Source: Bacteroidales bacterium
GTDB taxonomy: Bacteria > Bacteroidota > Bacteroidia > Bacteroidales > UBA12077
Assembly: GCA_028282585.1 (NCBI GenBank)
Contig: JANQHR010000096.1
Span: 1-30,002, forward strand
Length of the DNA stretch: 30,002 nt
Reading direction: 5' to 3'
Shown here: piece by piece, positions 16,341 to 25,752 of the stretch
Numbering within the stretch: position 1 is the first letter of the stretch
How the letters are laid out: the number at the start of each line of letters is the position of its first letter
Translations under genes and position numbers: made by a program
The notes under the pieces: generated by a model
What the model was told of the DNA's origin: nothing
The model's input: only the letters and a program-made list of their open reading frames with translations
Databases searched by the model: none

Positions 16341-17189
16341 CTAATCGATAGAAGAAATCAAATCTTTTACTAAAATCAAATATTGGCGAGAAACAGGTAT
16401 ATAATGATCTAAATTTCTCATTTTTAAACGATAACCACTATAATTCCTTTCTAATTTTGTAACATATAACATATTAACAATGCTCGTACGATGACAGCGA
16501 ATAAACTCTGGTAGTTGTACTAATTGTGTTTCAATATTTTTTAATGTGTTTCTGACTAATTTTTTTTCTGTTACATCTTTTACCATGTAATAAATCTCAA
16601 TATAATTATCAGCTGATTGTACCGAAATAATATTCCTATACTTTATGCTTATCTTATCCGATCTACTATCGGAATATATATGAACTATTTCTTCTTTTTC
16701 ATTACTTTCAAGTTGCTGGATTTTGGTTTCATATAATTTATTCTTGTTCTGAAGAATCTCGATTATAAGTTCCTGCGATTTATTTTTATATAGAATATTC
16801 AGAATAATTAAAGGCAATAAACTCACCAAGAAGATTTTAAATAAAATATACAAAGTCAAAACCGTATGTCCAACATACCTGATATAAAAAGCATTAGCGG
16901 TAATGGTAAAAATCAATAATAGAATAATCAGAAGTTGCGAAGGCCCGCTCTCCCATTCACTTATTTTAAACCATTTTGTAAAAAACATTGGAATAATAAC
17001 CAATATTAGAAAACTAAATAAAAATGTAATCCCACCAAATCCTGTTACATATAGTAATCGGTTATCATCGGTAAGCATATCTAATGGAAATGGCTGAAAA
17101 AAGAGAATAAACAGAAAAACCCCAATAGCAATAAAAAATAAACGTGCCAGCTCGTTTTTAAGAGAATTTTTTGTTTCTGTATTTCGCAT
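16341..17189 (-). CDS. Membrane-anchored LytTR-family transcriptional regulator (4 TM + LytTR)
   Basis: Four hydrophobic segments, then SADNYIEIYY, RNTLKNIE, FIRCHRTSIVN and IPVSRQY. The likely start is ATG 17189. Confidence 0.9.
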   Translation of the reverse strand: MRNTETKNSLKNELARLFFIAIGVFLFILFFQPFPLDMLTDDNRLLYVTGFGGITFLFSFLILVIIPMFFTKWFKISEWESGPSQLLIILLLIFTITANAFYIRYVGHTVLTLYILFKIFLVSLLPLIILNILYKNKSQELIIEILQNKNKLYETKIQQLESNEKEEIVHIYSDSRSDKISIKYRNIISVQSADNYIEIYYMVKDVTEKKLVRNTLKNIETQLVQLPEFIRCHRTSIVNMLYVTKLERNYSGYRLKMRNLDHYIPVSRQYLILVKDLISSID

Positions 17190-17347
17190 TCGGTAAATTT
17201 TGTTAAAGTTACGCAAAGATTCCAGTCTTTCATATAATTTATATTACATATAAATTTGAGCTATTATTTGCAGCATTGAATAAAACGAAAATATGTAACT
17301 AAAGAAATAATAATTAGATTTGATAAAAATACTTAAAGTTCCTTGTT

Positions 17348-18145
17348 ATGAAATACTCAACATACCTTCGAGAACTGTTCAGTGATACCAATCTGGATAT
17401 TGAGGATTTACTCCTGCTCGAAAGCTTTCAGATTAAGTATTTACCAAAGCGGGTTCCTCAAAAAGAATTTGCAACACTACTTCGAGCTCACCCAATAATT
17501 CATCGATTTCTAATAAAAAAAGAGCCCTCCATCCAATCGTTCTTAGATAAAATATTGATGGAAAATAAACCCATTCATGATCAGGATACTATTAATGACC
17601 ACTGCAACGAAGTAGTTTGGGAAATAGGCGAACTCATTGTTTATAATAAATTTCCTGAAGCATATAATTCAAAGATTAAATTCACATGGAAAATAGAAGA
17701 TATCCTTTCAACTAATTTATTGAAAGATAAAACCATTGCTGATGTAGGTGCAGGATCGGGAATGCTGAGCTTATTGCTATCACCATATGTAAAAACGGTT
17801 TATGCTTTTGAGCCTTTAGTTAGTTTCAGGAAGTTTATTAGAAATGAAGTTTCAGTAAAACGGATCAAGAATATTTATACCTTGGAAGGGTATCTCGAAT
17901 CCATTCCTTTGCCAGATGATACCCTCAATTATTTATTTACGTCTAATGCCATAGGCTGGAATTTCGAGCAAGAACAGAAAGAAATTGAGCGGGTTGTAAA
18001 ACCTGGAGGACAAGCTATTCACTTAATGCGTGCTTTTGATAAAGATGCAGCAAGTCCATATCATGATCAACTTTTGAAATGGAACTACGAATTTTATCAG
18101 TTCAAAGCTGAAGGTTATAAAGCGAAGTATTTCAAAACGTTTTAA
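17348..18145 (+). CDS. Class I SAM-dependent methyltransferase with N-terminal extension
   Basis: Motifs IADVGAGSG, YAFEP, ESIPLPD and EIERVVKPGG. A TAGATTTG -7 box lies at 17315-17322. Confidence 0.82.
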   Translation: MKYSTYLRELFSDTNLDIEDLLLLESFQIKYLPKRVPQKEFATLLRAHPIIHRFLIKKEPSIQSFLDKILMENKPIHDQDTINDHCNEVVWEIGELIVYNKFPEAYNSKIKFTWKIEDILSTNLLKDKTIADVGAGSGMLSLLLSPYVKTVYAFEPLVSFRKFIRNEVSVKRIKNIYTLEGYLESIPLPDDTLNYLFTSNAIGWNFEQEQKEIERVVKPGGQAIHLMRAFDKDAASPYHDQLLKWNYEFYQFKAEGYKAKYFKTF

Positions 18146-18374
18146 GTCATTTTCCCTCAAGATAATTCCACAGCACAAGAGTGAAAATGCAAAATTGTAG
18201 AAGTATTAAAGATGTATTTATTTATAAAAAAAAAGAAACAGGCTATTCTATTTTATTCGAATTTAAAAAAATATAAAAACTACTCACATAAAGTATTTGG
18301 TAATAGAAAAACTGCTATTCAATGGTTACAATAATACGAATTCTCTTTTCTTATTACCATTAGAAAACTGCCTA

Positions 18375-18451
18375 CAACTTTTTTCAAACCCATTTGCAAC
18401 TTTTTTCAAACCTATAAAAATTCCTATTTTTATTTATGTAAAGTAGATTTG
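18375..18451 (+). promoter_or_regulatory. 16-bp perfect direct repeat (period 22) plus -7 box
   Basis: CAACTTTTTTCAAACC at 18375-18390 and 18397-18412; TAGATTTG at 18444-18451. Confidence 0.7.
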
Positions 18452-18483
18452 CTAATAACATTTACAAATCAAAAAAATTAAAC

Positions 18484-19215
18484 ATGAAAGCATTAACAAA
18501 ACTTAGCATTATATTTTTAGGTATTTCGCTGTTAAGTCCTATAAAAAACTTTGCACAAAAACCTGATTTTGAGAATGAGTTTACTCTTGACGAAGACAGT
18601 AAAAAAGAAATTGTATCGTTCGAAGTGAAAGAAGGTACTAAAGAACTCATTTTAGATTTCGAAGGTGTAATAAGCATTGGAGGTTTAAAAGTAAAGATTT
18701 ATGATCCGGAAGGTAATCAGGTTTCAGGATTTTCATTAAAAGCATCGAAAAACAGAACCCGTACTTTTAGTTACGATCTGGATGCAGGTTCAACTGATAC
18801 AAAGAAAAAAGAAAAAGCAGAGAATGCTGAAAAGGCTAAACGAGAAGGAAAAGAAGAAAAATCGATTCGAGATCGAGAAGTTAGGGAAGCAAGAGATGCC
18901 AGGGAAGAAGTCAGAGCTCGTGTCAGTTCAAGGTCTGATTCAAGAAACAATACAACATCCTCTTCAAGTTCGTCATCAAGCTCGAGTTCCAGCTCAAGCG
19001 TATCGGTAAGCGTTGAGACAGATGAATCGGGAAATGTGATTACTAAAACTAATAATACTCATATTTATTCTAAGGAAAAGAAAGAAACAGGCGAATCCGG
19101 TGCACGGGGAGTTATTAAAAAGGAAGTTACCAATCCGGTTTCAGGAATCTGGGAATTCCTTATCGATCCCGATGATACAGATGGGAAATTATCAGTAAAA
19201 ATAACCTATAAATAA
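18484..19215 (+). CDS. Exported hypothetical protein with internal charged and Ser-rich low-complexity region
   Basis: Signal peptide ending NFA-Q; beta-strand-like termini flank a K/E/R-rich segment and a long poly-Ser run. Confidence 0.75.
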   Translation: MKALTKLSIIFLGISLLSPIKNFAQKPDFENEFTLDEDSKKEIVSFEVKEGTKELILDFEGVISIGGLKVKIYDPEGNQVSGFSLKASKNRTRTFSYDLDAGSTDTKKKEKAENAEKAKREGKEEKSIRDREVREARDAREEVRARVSSRSDSRNNTTSSSSSSSSSSSSSSVSVSVETDESGNVITKTNNTHIYSKEKKETGESGARGVIKKEVTNPVSGIWEFLIDPDDTDGKLSVKITYK

Positions 19216-19265
19216 ATTCAGAAAGCTTATATTTAACCATGCCGGTAGCATATAATTTAATATCG

Positions 19266-20297
19266 ATGATTAAAAAGTTCCTTTTTATTATTTGCTTTCT
19301 TTGTTTTAAGCTTGCGCTTACTCATGCAACAAGTATTAAAGGGCAGATTGAAATTGGAGGATCATGGGAAAATCTAATCTATTTATCGGGAATTAATTCG
19401 TTTAATGATTTAAATACGGCATCGTATGATTTTTTAATTGCTCGTACCGAAATAGATTCCAACGGATATTTTGAATTTGAAAACCTGAACCTTCATGATG
19501 ATGAAAGATTATATCGTTTACATATTTGTAAAACAGGAGATCCTGTTTCGACTATTATTATTGGAGGAAATGAAGAAAACTTTATTCATTTTATTATGAA
19601 AGATGGTGATAGCATTGAAGTTAACGTAAATCCGGAATCAGCCGCTTTTTATAACAGTACCGTTTTTGGTAATCAAGCTAATAAGTACCTTAGTTTACTC
19701 TTTCGCAGGCAAAAAGAACTGAATTCTCCTCCTAGTTTACCATCAGTGCAAAGCCGCCAGCTATTGCGAGAGAAAGTACTTAACGATTATTATAACATTG
19801 CTGATACATCATCTTATACTATCATTCAATTGCTTAGTATCTACTTGATCAATACTACTTTTTCATCATCCGGACATTTAAACTTAATGGAAAAAATTCA
19901 AGCCGGGACTCAACCTTCAGATACATCAAGTCCCTACTACAAAGCATTTTTGGATGAATTATCATATCTGAAGTATCAAAGCAAACAACAGTCCAGAACT
20001 AAAACTATTTGGGTAATTATAATTGTCATTTTACTTGTGATAATAAGTATACTCATTCCAAAGTTGATTAGAAGTAAAACTACAGGAAATAAACTGGATA
20101 ATAAATTTTCTGAATTAATCAACCAACTTTCATTACAGGAAAAACGCGTACTTGATTTGTTAAAAGAAGGAAAAACCAATAAAGAAATTTCAAATGAGTT
20201 ACACATTGAAGTTAGCACTGTTAAAAGTCATTTGAATAAAATCTATTCCAGGTTAGGAATAAGTGGTCGTAAAGACATTCTTAATTCTGATTGGTAA
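19266..20297 (+). CDS. Transmembrane one-component regulator: periplasmic domain, TM helix, LuxR-type HTH
   Basis: N-terminal signal/TM, TM IWVIIIVILLVIISILI, and LSLQEKRVLDLLKEGKTNKEISNELHIEVSTVKSHLNKIYSRLG. Confidence 0.88.
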   Translation: MIKKFLFIICFLCFKLALTHATSIKGQIEIGGSWENLIYLSGINSFNDLNTASYDFLIARTEIDSNGYFEFENLNLHDDERLYRLHICKTGDPVSTIIIGGNEENFIHFIMKDGDSIEVNVNPESAAFYNSTVFGNQANKYLSLLFRRQKELNSPPSLPSVQSRQLLREKVLNDYYNIADTSSYTIIQLLSIYLINTTFSSSGHLNLMEKIQAGTQPSDTSSPYYKAFLDELSYLKYQSKQQSRTKTIWVIIIVILLVIISILIPKLIRSKTTGNKLDNKFSELINQLSLQEKRVLDLLKEGKTNKEISNELHIEVSTVKSHLNKIYSRLGISGRKDILNSDW

Positions 20298-20300
20298 ATA

Positions 20301-20324
20301 AAGCCCGGTTAAATTTCCGGGCTT
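20301..20324. terminator. Hairpin between convergent genes (probably bidirectional terminator)
   Basis: AAGCCCGG-N8-CCGGGCTT between the stops at 20297 (+) and 20336 (-). Confidence 0.7.
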
Positions 20325-20335
20325 CTTCGTTTAAT

Positions 20336-20932
20336 TTACTTTCCTAAAAGTTCTTTATTAAACCTTAAAATTTCATTTAAGCTTGCCATCTCTTTGCGAA
20401 TAGCACTTCGAATCGACAATCCTACGATCAATGCAGCAACAAGAAAAGATAAATCAATCAATATCATAATTTTCGAATTAAAATAAAGACTGAACTCAGG
20501 TGTTAGCATAAAAAATCCCACCGAATAAATTACCAGGATACTTATAGTAACAAAGCCATGTATAAACTTTCGTAACTTATGATATGTAAATGCATTTGTA
20601 TTCGTTTTTAAGGCTGTCTCGCTTATATCAATCTTCCTTGATAAAAAGATACTGTAAAGTTCAAGTACAATTCGAATTGATAAACTTCCAAGCATAAGAG
20701 CAACTCCCACTTTACTTAGCAACTGGTTGAATGGTGCTACATTTTTAAAGAAAAGACCTAAACCAAACAGAACTAAAATAAGTATCACCAGATTTGTAAT
20801 TTGAACTTTTAGAGCTTTTTTCTTTTTTTGTCCAGCCTGCAAAATAATTTCGCTTACAGGTGTATTTGAATCTTCAAAACTATTTTGTCCGCTTTTCCAG
20901 ATTTCTTTTATATCATCAATATTACTTTTCAT
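20336..20932 (-). CDS. Four-TM membrane protein, probable anti-sigma factor
   Basis: Overlaps the ECF sigma stop; N-terminal DDIKEIWKS motif followed by four TM helices. Confidence 0.7.
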   Translation of the reverse strand: MKSNIDDIKEIWKSGQNSFEDSNTPVSEIILQAGQKKKKALKVQITNLVILILVLFGLGLFFKNVAPFNQLLSKVGVALMLGSLSIRIVLELYSIFLSRKIDISETALKTNTNAFTYHKLRKFIHGFVTISILVIYSVGFFMLTPEFSLYFNSKIMILIDLSFLVAALIVGLSIRSAIRKEMASLNEILRFNKELLGK

Positions 20933-21419
20933 TTTCCATAATTTCTTTAAGTGTCTTTTTAATACGATGAATCTTTACTCTTAAATTTCCTTCACTAATT
21001 CCCATGACTTCCGAAATAAGAGCGTAATCCGATTCATCTAAAACCATCATAATAATTAACCGATCAACTTCATTTAACTTACCAATTGATTGGTAAAGAG
21101 TATCAAATTGCTTTGTAGGACTCAATTCTTCATCTCTAGTTTCCTCACTTATCTCAACATTTGAGATGGTTAACTTATTTTTCTTATCCCGAATATATTT
21201 AAGGCACGTATTAACCGCTATCCTGTATACCCAGGTTTTATAACTCGACTGAGCTTTGAATCTATCCAGCGCATTCCATACACTTATAAAAACCTCCTGC
21301 GACAAATCCTTGGCCAGTTCGTGTTCTCCCTTCATATATCCCAAACATAATTGCATTACCATGGACTTAAACTGTTTATGCAGATCTTCAAATAAGTCCT
21401 TCTTTTTCTTACTCCTCAT
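20922..21419 (-). CDS. ECF-type sigma-70 factor
   Basis: Region 2 AKDLSQEVFISVW..SSYKTWVYRIAVNTCL; region 4 ISEVMGISEGNLRVKIHRIKK. Confidence 0.92.
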   Translation of the reverse strand: MRSKKKKDLFEDLHKQFKSMVMQLCLGYMKGEHELAKDLSQEVFISVWNALDRFKAQSSYKTWVYRIAVNTCLKYIRDKKNKLTISNVEISEETRDEELSPTKQFDTLYQSIGKLNEVDRLIIMMVLDESDYALISEVMGISEGNLRVKIHRIKKTLKEIMENEK

Positions 21420-22248
21420 TACTAAGAAAACTGTTAATTTTATTTACTAACCATTCGTTTTGGTCAAACATAATAAAATGTTTACTATTAGCTGCAAAAT
21501 ACATTTCTTTTCTTTCAAGCCTTTCATATTGAGTTTCATAATTAGCCTCAATTACCGCTCTGCTTGGAAATTCAGCCCCCAAAATAAGCGATTTTGCTTT
21601 AACCTTTTCTAATTTATCTCGTTGATCGAGTTTTAAAAGATCAGTATACCCATATACGTAAGTTTCACGATCTGCTTTCACAATCCAGTTGGTAAGTACT
21701 TTAATCTTAGATGTATCGTTAGTCATATATGAAGATTGCATAGCGGCCGTTTGTAAAAATTGTTCGTCCGACATTTGAAGCATTTGATTATTGTAGGGGC
21801 TATCATATCCGATCTGATCTTCAGACATACCTGGCATCATTATTTCACGCATACATGGAATTGATTCTACCAATACCAATTTATTTACATAATCGGGTAA
21901 TGCGACCGCTAATTCAATTGCCAGGTTCCCTCCCATGCTGTGTCCAATTATGGTTAGGTTATTTAACTTCTCATTTTTTATATAAGCAATTAAATCATTT
22001 ACCAGCTTTGGGAACCATGGAGTTTCAACAGGTTCAATTCCATTAAATCCTGCATAAGAAACAAGGTGGCTCTCGTGTTCGAATTTAATATCACTTATGG
22101 TTTCGTTCCATACTGAACCCGGGCAAGTAAAACCAGGTAAATATAAAACCGGACCTCCTGAACCTGATTTTTCAATTCGAATTGATTCCTGACTAAATAA
22201 AGTATTTACTAAAAATGCGAATGTGATTGTTAAAATTAAATTTTTCAT
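21409..22248 (-). CDS. Secreted alpha/beta hydrolase
   Basis: Signal peptide from ATG 22248; LPGF oxyanion motif, nucleophile elbow GHSMGG and catalytic His in SKHFIMFD. Confidence 0.88.
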   Translation of the reverse strand: MKNLILTITFAFLVNTLFSQESIRIEKSGSGGPVLYLPGFTCPGSVWNETISDIKFEHESHLVSYAGFNGIEPVETPWFPKLVNDLIAYIKNEKLNNLTIIGHSMGGNLAIELAVALPDYVNKLVLVESIPCMREIMMPGMSEDQIGYDSPYNNQMLQMSDEQFLQTAAMQSSYMTNDTSKIKVLTNWIVKADRETYVYGYTDLLKLDQRDKLEKVKAKSLILGAEFPSRAVIEANYETQYERLERKEMYFAANSKHFIMFDQNEWLVNKINSFLSNEE

Positions 22249-22273
22249 AATTATTCGTTTTAAAATTTTACCC

Positions 22274-22302
22274 TTTGATCCAAGCATTCGTAAATTGTTA
22301 CA
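22274..22302 (-). promoter_or_regulatory. ECF-type promoter for the hydrolase-sigma-anti-sigma operon
   Basis: Minus strand TGTAAC-N18-TCAAA, the same AAC-to-TC spacing as RpoE-type promoters. Confidence 0.55.
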
Positions 22303-22443
22303 AAAAACGAAAATAAAATCTTAACAGACTTCAGAGTTCTTCCTTTTTTCTAACGTTAACTTTTTGTTAACCAATTTCTTATTTTGTATATTTGAGTGGA
22401 TTATATTGTATTGTTAAGTATTCAACCTCCAAATAAAAATTAC

Positions 22444-23886
22444 ATGGAAAGATTAATCATCCGAATTTTGTTACCTGCAGTCACATTAATTATAGCAGGT
22501 ATCATTTTGTTTTCCTGGTTCAAAAATAGCCGTGCTGATTCTACGAATAAAATAACTCCTCAAATATATACTGATCAGGAAATTCGGACTCTTTATCTAA
22601 ACTACTGTGCTGGTTGTCATGGCGAACAGTTGGAACGATTCAACCGCAGCGACTGGATATTTGAAGAAACGAACGAAATGGCTATTCAAAGTATAAAATA
22701 TGGTCGCGAAGAAGTTGGGATGCCTGCATTTGAAAAAACATTTACTGATGAACAAATACAAGCCATGGCCAAATACATTCGTGCGGAAATACCTATGGAT
22801 GATAACAAAAGAAAACCAGCCTTTTCAATGAATCAGGTAGTAAAATCTGAAAAACAAAATTTTACGGTAGATACAGTAGTTACTGGATTAAATGTACCAT
22901 GGGGAATGGAGTTTCTGCCTAATGGAGATATTTTAATTTCTGAGCGATCAGGAACTTTGTATCGATTCAGTAATGGCAAATTAACTAAAGTTGAAAACCT
23001 ACCCGAAATTGTTGCAAGAAATCAGGGAGGTTTACTTGATCTTCATTTACACCCGGATTACGAAAAAAACGGATGGATATATTTTGCATATTCAGATCCT
23101 TCAGAAGGTAATAAACAAAAGGCAAATACATCTATCATGCGCGCAAGGTTATCAGGCAATAAAATGATTGATAAAGAAAAGATATTTGACGGAATCCCGG
23201 ATTCACGTAAAGTATTTCATTGGGGTTGTAAAATAGAATTTGATAAGGAAGGTTATCTTTGGTTTGGTATTGGAGACCGAGGAAGCAGAGATTTGTATCC
23301 GCAAACACTGGATAATCACAACGGAAAAATACACCGAATCCACGACGATGGGACAATACCAAAAGACAATCCATTTGTTAATACTAAAGGTGCGATGCCA
23401 TCAATTTATTCGTATGGTCATCGAAATCCACAAGGTACATCCATGCATCCGGAAACGGGTGAAATTTGGATTACTGAACATGGCCCAAAAGGTGGCGATG
23501 AACTAAATTTGATACGACCAGGATTAAATTATGGATGGCCAGTTATATCCTACGGAATTAACTATAATGGAACCAAATTTACAGACCTTACTCACAAAGA
23601 AGGGATGGAACAACCCATTATTTATTGGGATCCTTCCATAGCTCCATGCGGAATGACATTCGTTAACAGCAACCGTTATCCTGAATGGAAAAATAACATA
23701 CTGGTTGGTTCACTTCGCTTTGAATACCTAGAAAGAATTGAGCTTTTGGGAAACCAGGTCGTTAATCAGGAGAAATTGCTCGAAGGCATAGGTCGTGTTC
23801 GAAATGTTGTCGTTAGTCCGAATGGCTATATTTACGTTGCTGTCGAGAAACCGGGGTTTATTGTTAAACTTATGCCCTTAAACTAA
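22444..23886 (+). CDS. Cytochrome c fused to a PQQ-dependent aldose sugar dehydrogenase (Asd/YliI, GSDH family)
   Basis: N-terminal TM and heme motif CAGCH with distal MPAF; GSDH motifs PWGMEFLP, QGGLLD, GHRNPQG, EHGPKGGDELN, NYGWP and GRVRNV. Confidence 0.9.
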   Translation: MERLIIRILLPAVTLIIAGIILFSWFKNSRADSTNKITPQIYTDQEIRTLYLNYCAGCHGEQLERFNRSDWIFEETNEMAIQSIKYGREEVGMPAFEKTFTDEQIQAMAKYIRAEIPMDDNKRKPAFSMNQVVKSEKQNFTVDTVVTGLNVPWGMEFLPNGDILISERSGTLYRFSNGKLTKVENLPEIVARNQGGLLDLHLHPDYEKNGWIYFAYSDPSEGNKQKANTSIMRARLSGNKMIDKEKIFDGIPDSRKVFHWGCKIEFDKEGYLWFGIGDRGSRDLYPQTLDNHNGKIHRIHDDGTIPKDNPFVNTKGAMPSIYSYGHRNPQGTSMHPETGEIWITEHGPKGGDELNLIRPGLNYGWPVISYGINYNGTKFTDLTHKEGMEQPIIYWDPSIAPCGMTFVNSNRYPEWKNNILVGSLRFEYLERIELLGNQVVNQEKLLEGIGRVRNVVVSPNGYIYVAVEKPGFIVKLMPLN

Positions 23887-24496
23887 ATATTTATTAACCT
23901 TACAAAACAAACTTAAATTTTATGGAAAATGAAAAATCATTTTAATTAAAAGCATTCAAACCTTTTAACATTTTTCTATTAGATTTGTTATTATTATATA
24001 ATATTCAAATACAAAACATGATTGTTATATTAATGATATTGATTTATTTACTGGAGGAATATTTAAGCAAATTAAGTTATAATAGACCAAAAGTTGATAC
24101 TAAGAAAAATGCGTTGTTAGTAGATGAATCTTTGATTAAAATATTCTTGGAAAGCAATCAACCTGAACCTGCATTTTAACTGCCATTTTTTCATAACTTA
24201 CAATATTACTTGCTTTTTACCTGGAATTACGAAAAAAAGAAAAAATATTGGTCTATTTTATTATTTCACGTGATTTAATCTAGGGATTTATCTTGATTTG
24301 GATGTTTAATTAAAACCTAAAATTATCTTATATAACTCTTAACACTGGATCGTTTAGAGTTAGTCTGGGAACCTAACACAAGATAGATAAAGAAATTAAT
24401 AAAACTAAATGAAAGATTGCGAAATTGAGGTACACGTAAGCATACCGTTACCAGAGTAAAAATATACGCCTTAAATCATCCAAAAGCATTTTTATT

Positions 24497-25165
24497 TTAA
24501 TTACCACTTGCATTTCGGATCATCTCAAATAACTCTTGTGGTTCTGCACTTAAAGTATCGTTTAATAAAAATACTGCAGCCACAATAAATGCAGCAAAAC
24601 CCAATACTATAAAAAAGTGGGTCCACGATGTTTTTTGAATATCATGTCTTGATTTAACATCACACACTTCTCCAGGGCAATATTGCGCATTTTTTCCATG
24701 ATACCATTTATATGCCAGACAACCCAGGCAGATTCCAAATACCGATTCAAAAAATAGAAAGATCAAACAGACAAAACAAATAAGACCTGTTATAACACTA
24801 AATGTATTTAAAAACACCATTAAGACAAGCATGATCACAGCTAATCCAATGCCAATTATCCAGGCTACCTTCTTTTGCGCAGCACCAACATATTCCGGAG
24901 TTTGTCTTCTTACAATCCAACGGCCAAGAATTAAAGTTGGCGAAAACTTAGGGTTTATAAATACACGAATAATAAAATCTGTTAAAAAAATGATCACAAA
25001 ATATTTGATTGGAACAAAGTTTCCTTCACCTGCTATTAAAATTGCAATAAATGCAAATAAAAATAACATTCCAGCTGATGCACGTATTTCACGTTCATTT
25101 AAAACAGGGATGGTATATCCATCAACGTTTTCTCCAAATTGGATAGTTTTGTTTTCTTTACTCAT
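24497..25165 (-). CDS. Membrane protein, DUF4395-like
   Basis: NEREIRASAG, PEYVGAAQKKVAW and FESVFGICLGC, with multiple TM segments. Confidence 0.75.
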   Translation of the reverse strand: MSKENKTIQFGENVDGYTIPVLNEREIRASAGMLFLFAFIAILIAGEGNFVPIKYFVIIFLTDFIIRVFINPKFSPTLILGRWIVRRQTPEYVGAAQKKVAWIIGIGLAVIMLVLMVFLNTFSVITGLICFVCLIFLFFESVFGICLGCLAYKWYHGKNAQYCPGEVCDVKSRHDIQKTSWTHFFIVLGFAAFIVAAVFLLNDTLSAEPQELFEMIRNASGN

Positions 25166-25345
25166 TACTTAGAATTTTAAGTTTGATTTAAGATATTTTT
25201 CGTTTAAATTCATTTGTAAAGCAAAATATAAGATTTCTAAATCTAACTTTCCTTCAAACAAATGTAGTTGTTATTCACATAATTAATTGTTAACGAGATG
25301 TTAAGATATTTCAAAAAATACCTTTGAGATTACTTTTAGAATAAC

Positions 25346-25549
25346 TTATCTGTTTCTTGAGAATATTACTTCTTTATTTTCGATCATTTGCTGTAATTGC
25401 TTTAATAAAGCTCTTTCTTGCTCATCAATATATCCATCTTCAGTAGAAATTCTAATAATCTCATCGTATTCTTCCGGGGTAATTATATGATCTTCAATTG
25501 CTTTATTAATAACTTTGCGCAATCGTTCGCCGCTTTCACTTAATAACAT
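25346..25549 (-). CDS. Small acidic helical hypothetical protein
   Basis: 67 aa with a duplicated D-x-x-I-x-x-x-E motif (DHIITPEE, DGYIDEQE). Confidence 0.65.
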   Translation of the reverse strand: MLLSESGERLRKVINKAIEDHIITPEEYDEIIRISTEDGYIDEQERALLKQLQQMIENKEVIFSRNR

Positions 25550-25752
25550 GACGATTAGATTTAGTTTCTAGCAATTTAATAAAAATAAAACACATAACTG
25601 AATACTTTCTAACTTAAACGTAAACTATTGAATTAGTTTAAAACTCAAATGTAACTGTTTCAAATATTTATGATATTCATTATGTTTTTATAACTAAATT
25701 TTATGTAAAACTTATGTAAGGAAGATATCCTCCACGTCTAAAAAGAAATGCG

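Noticed and set aside
18375-18412. Mini-CRISPR or insertion target-site duplication
   Set aside because: There are only two 16-bp copies with a 6-bp spacer and no cas or transposase gene. The position fits an operator.
23985-24179. 64-aa ORF with a TTG start
   Set aside because: It lies in very AT-rich sequence with no motif. It may be spurious or a decayed fragment, and I cannot support it as a gene.
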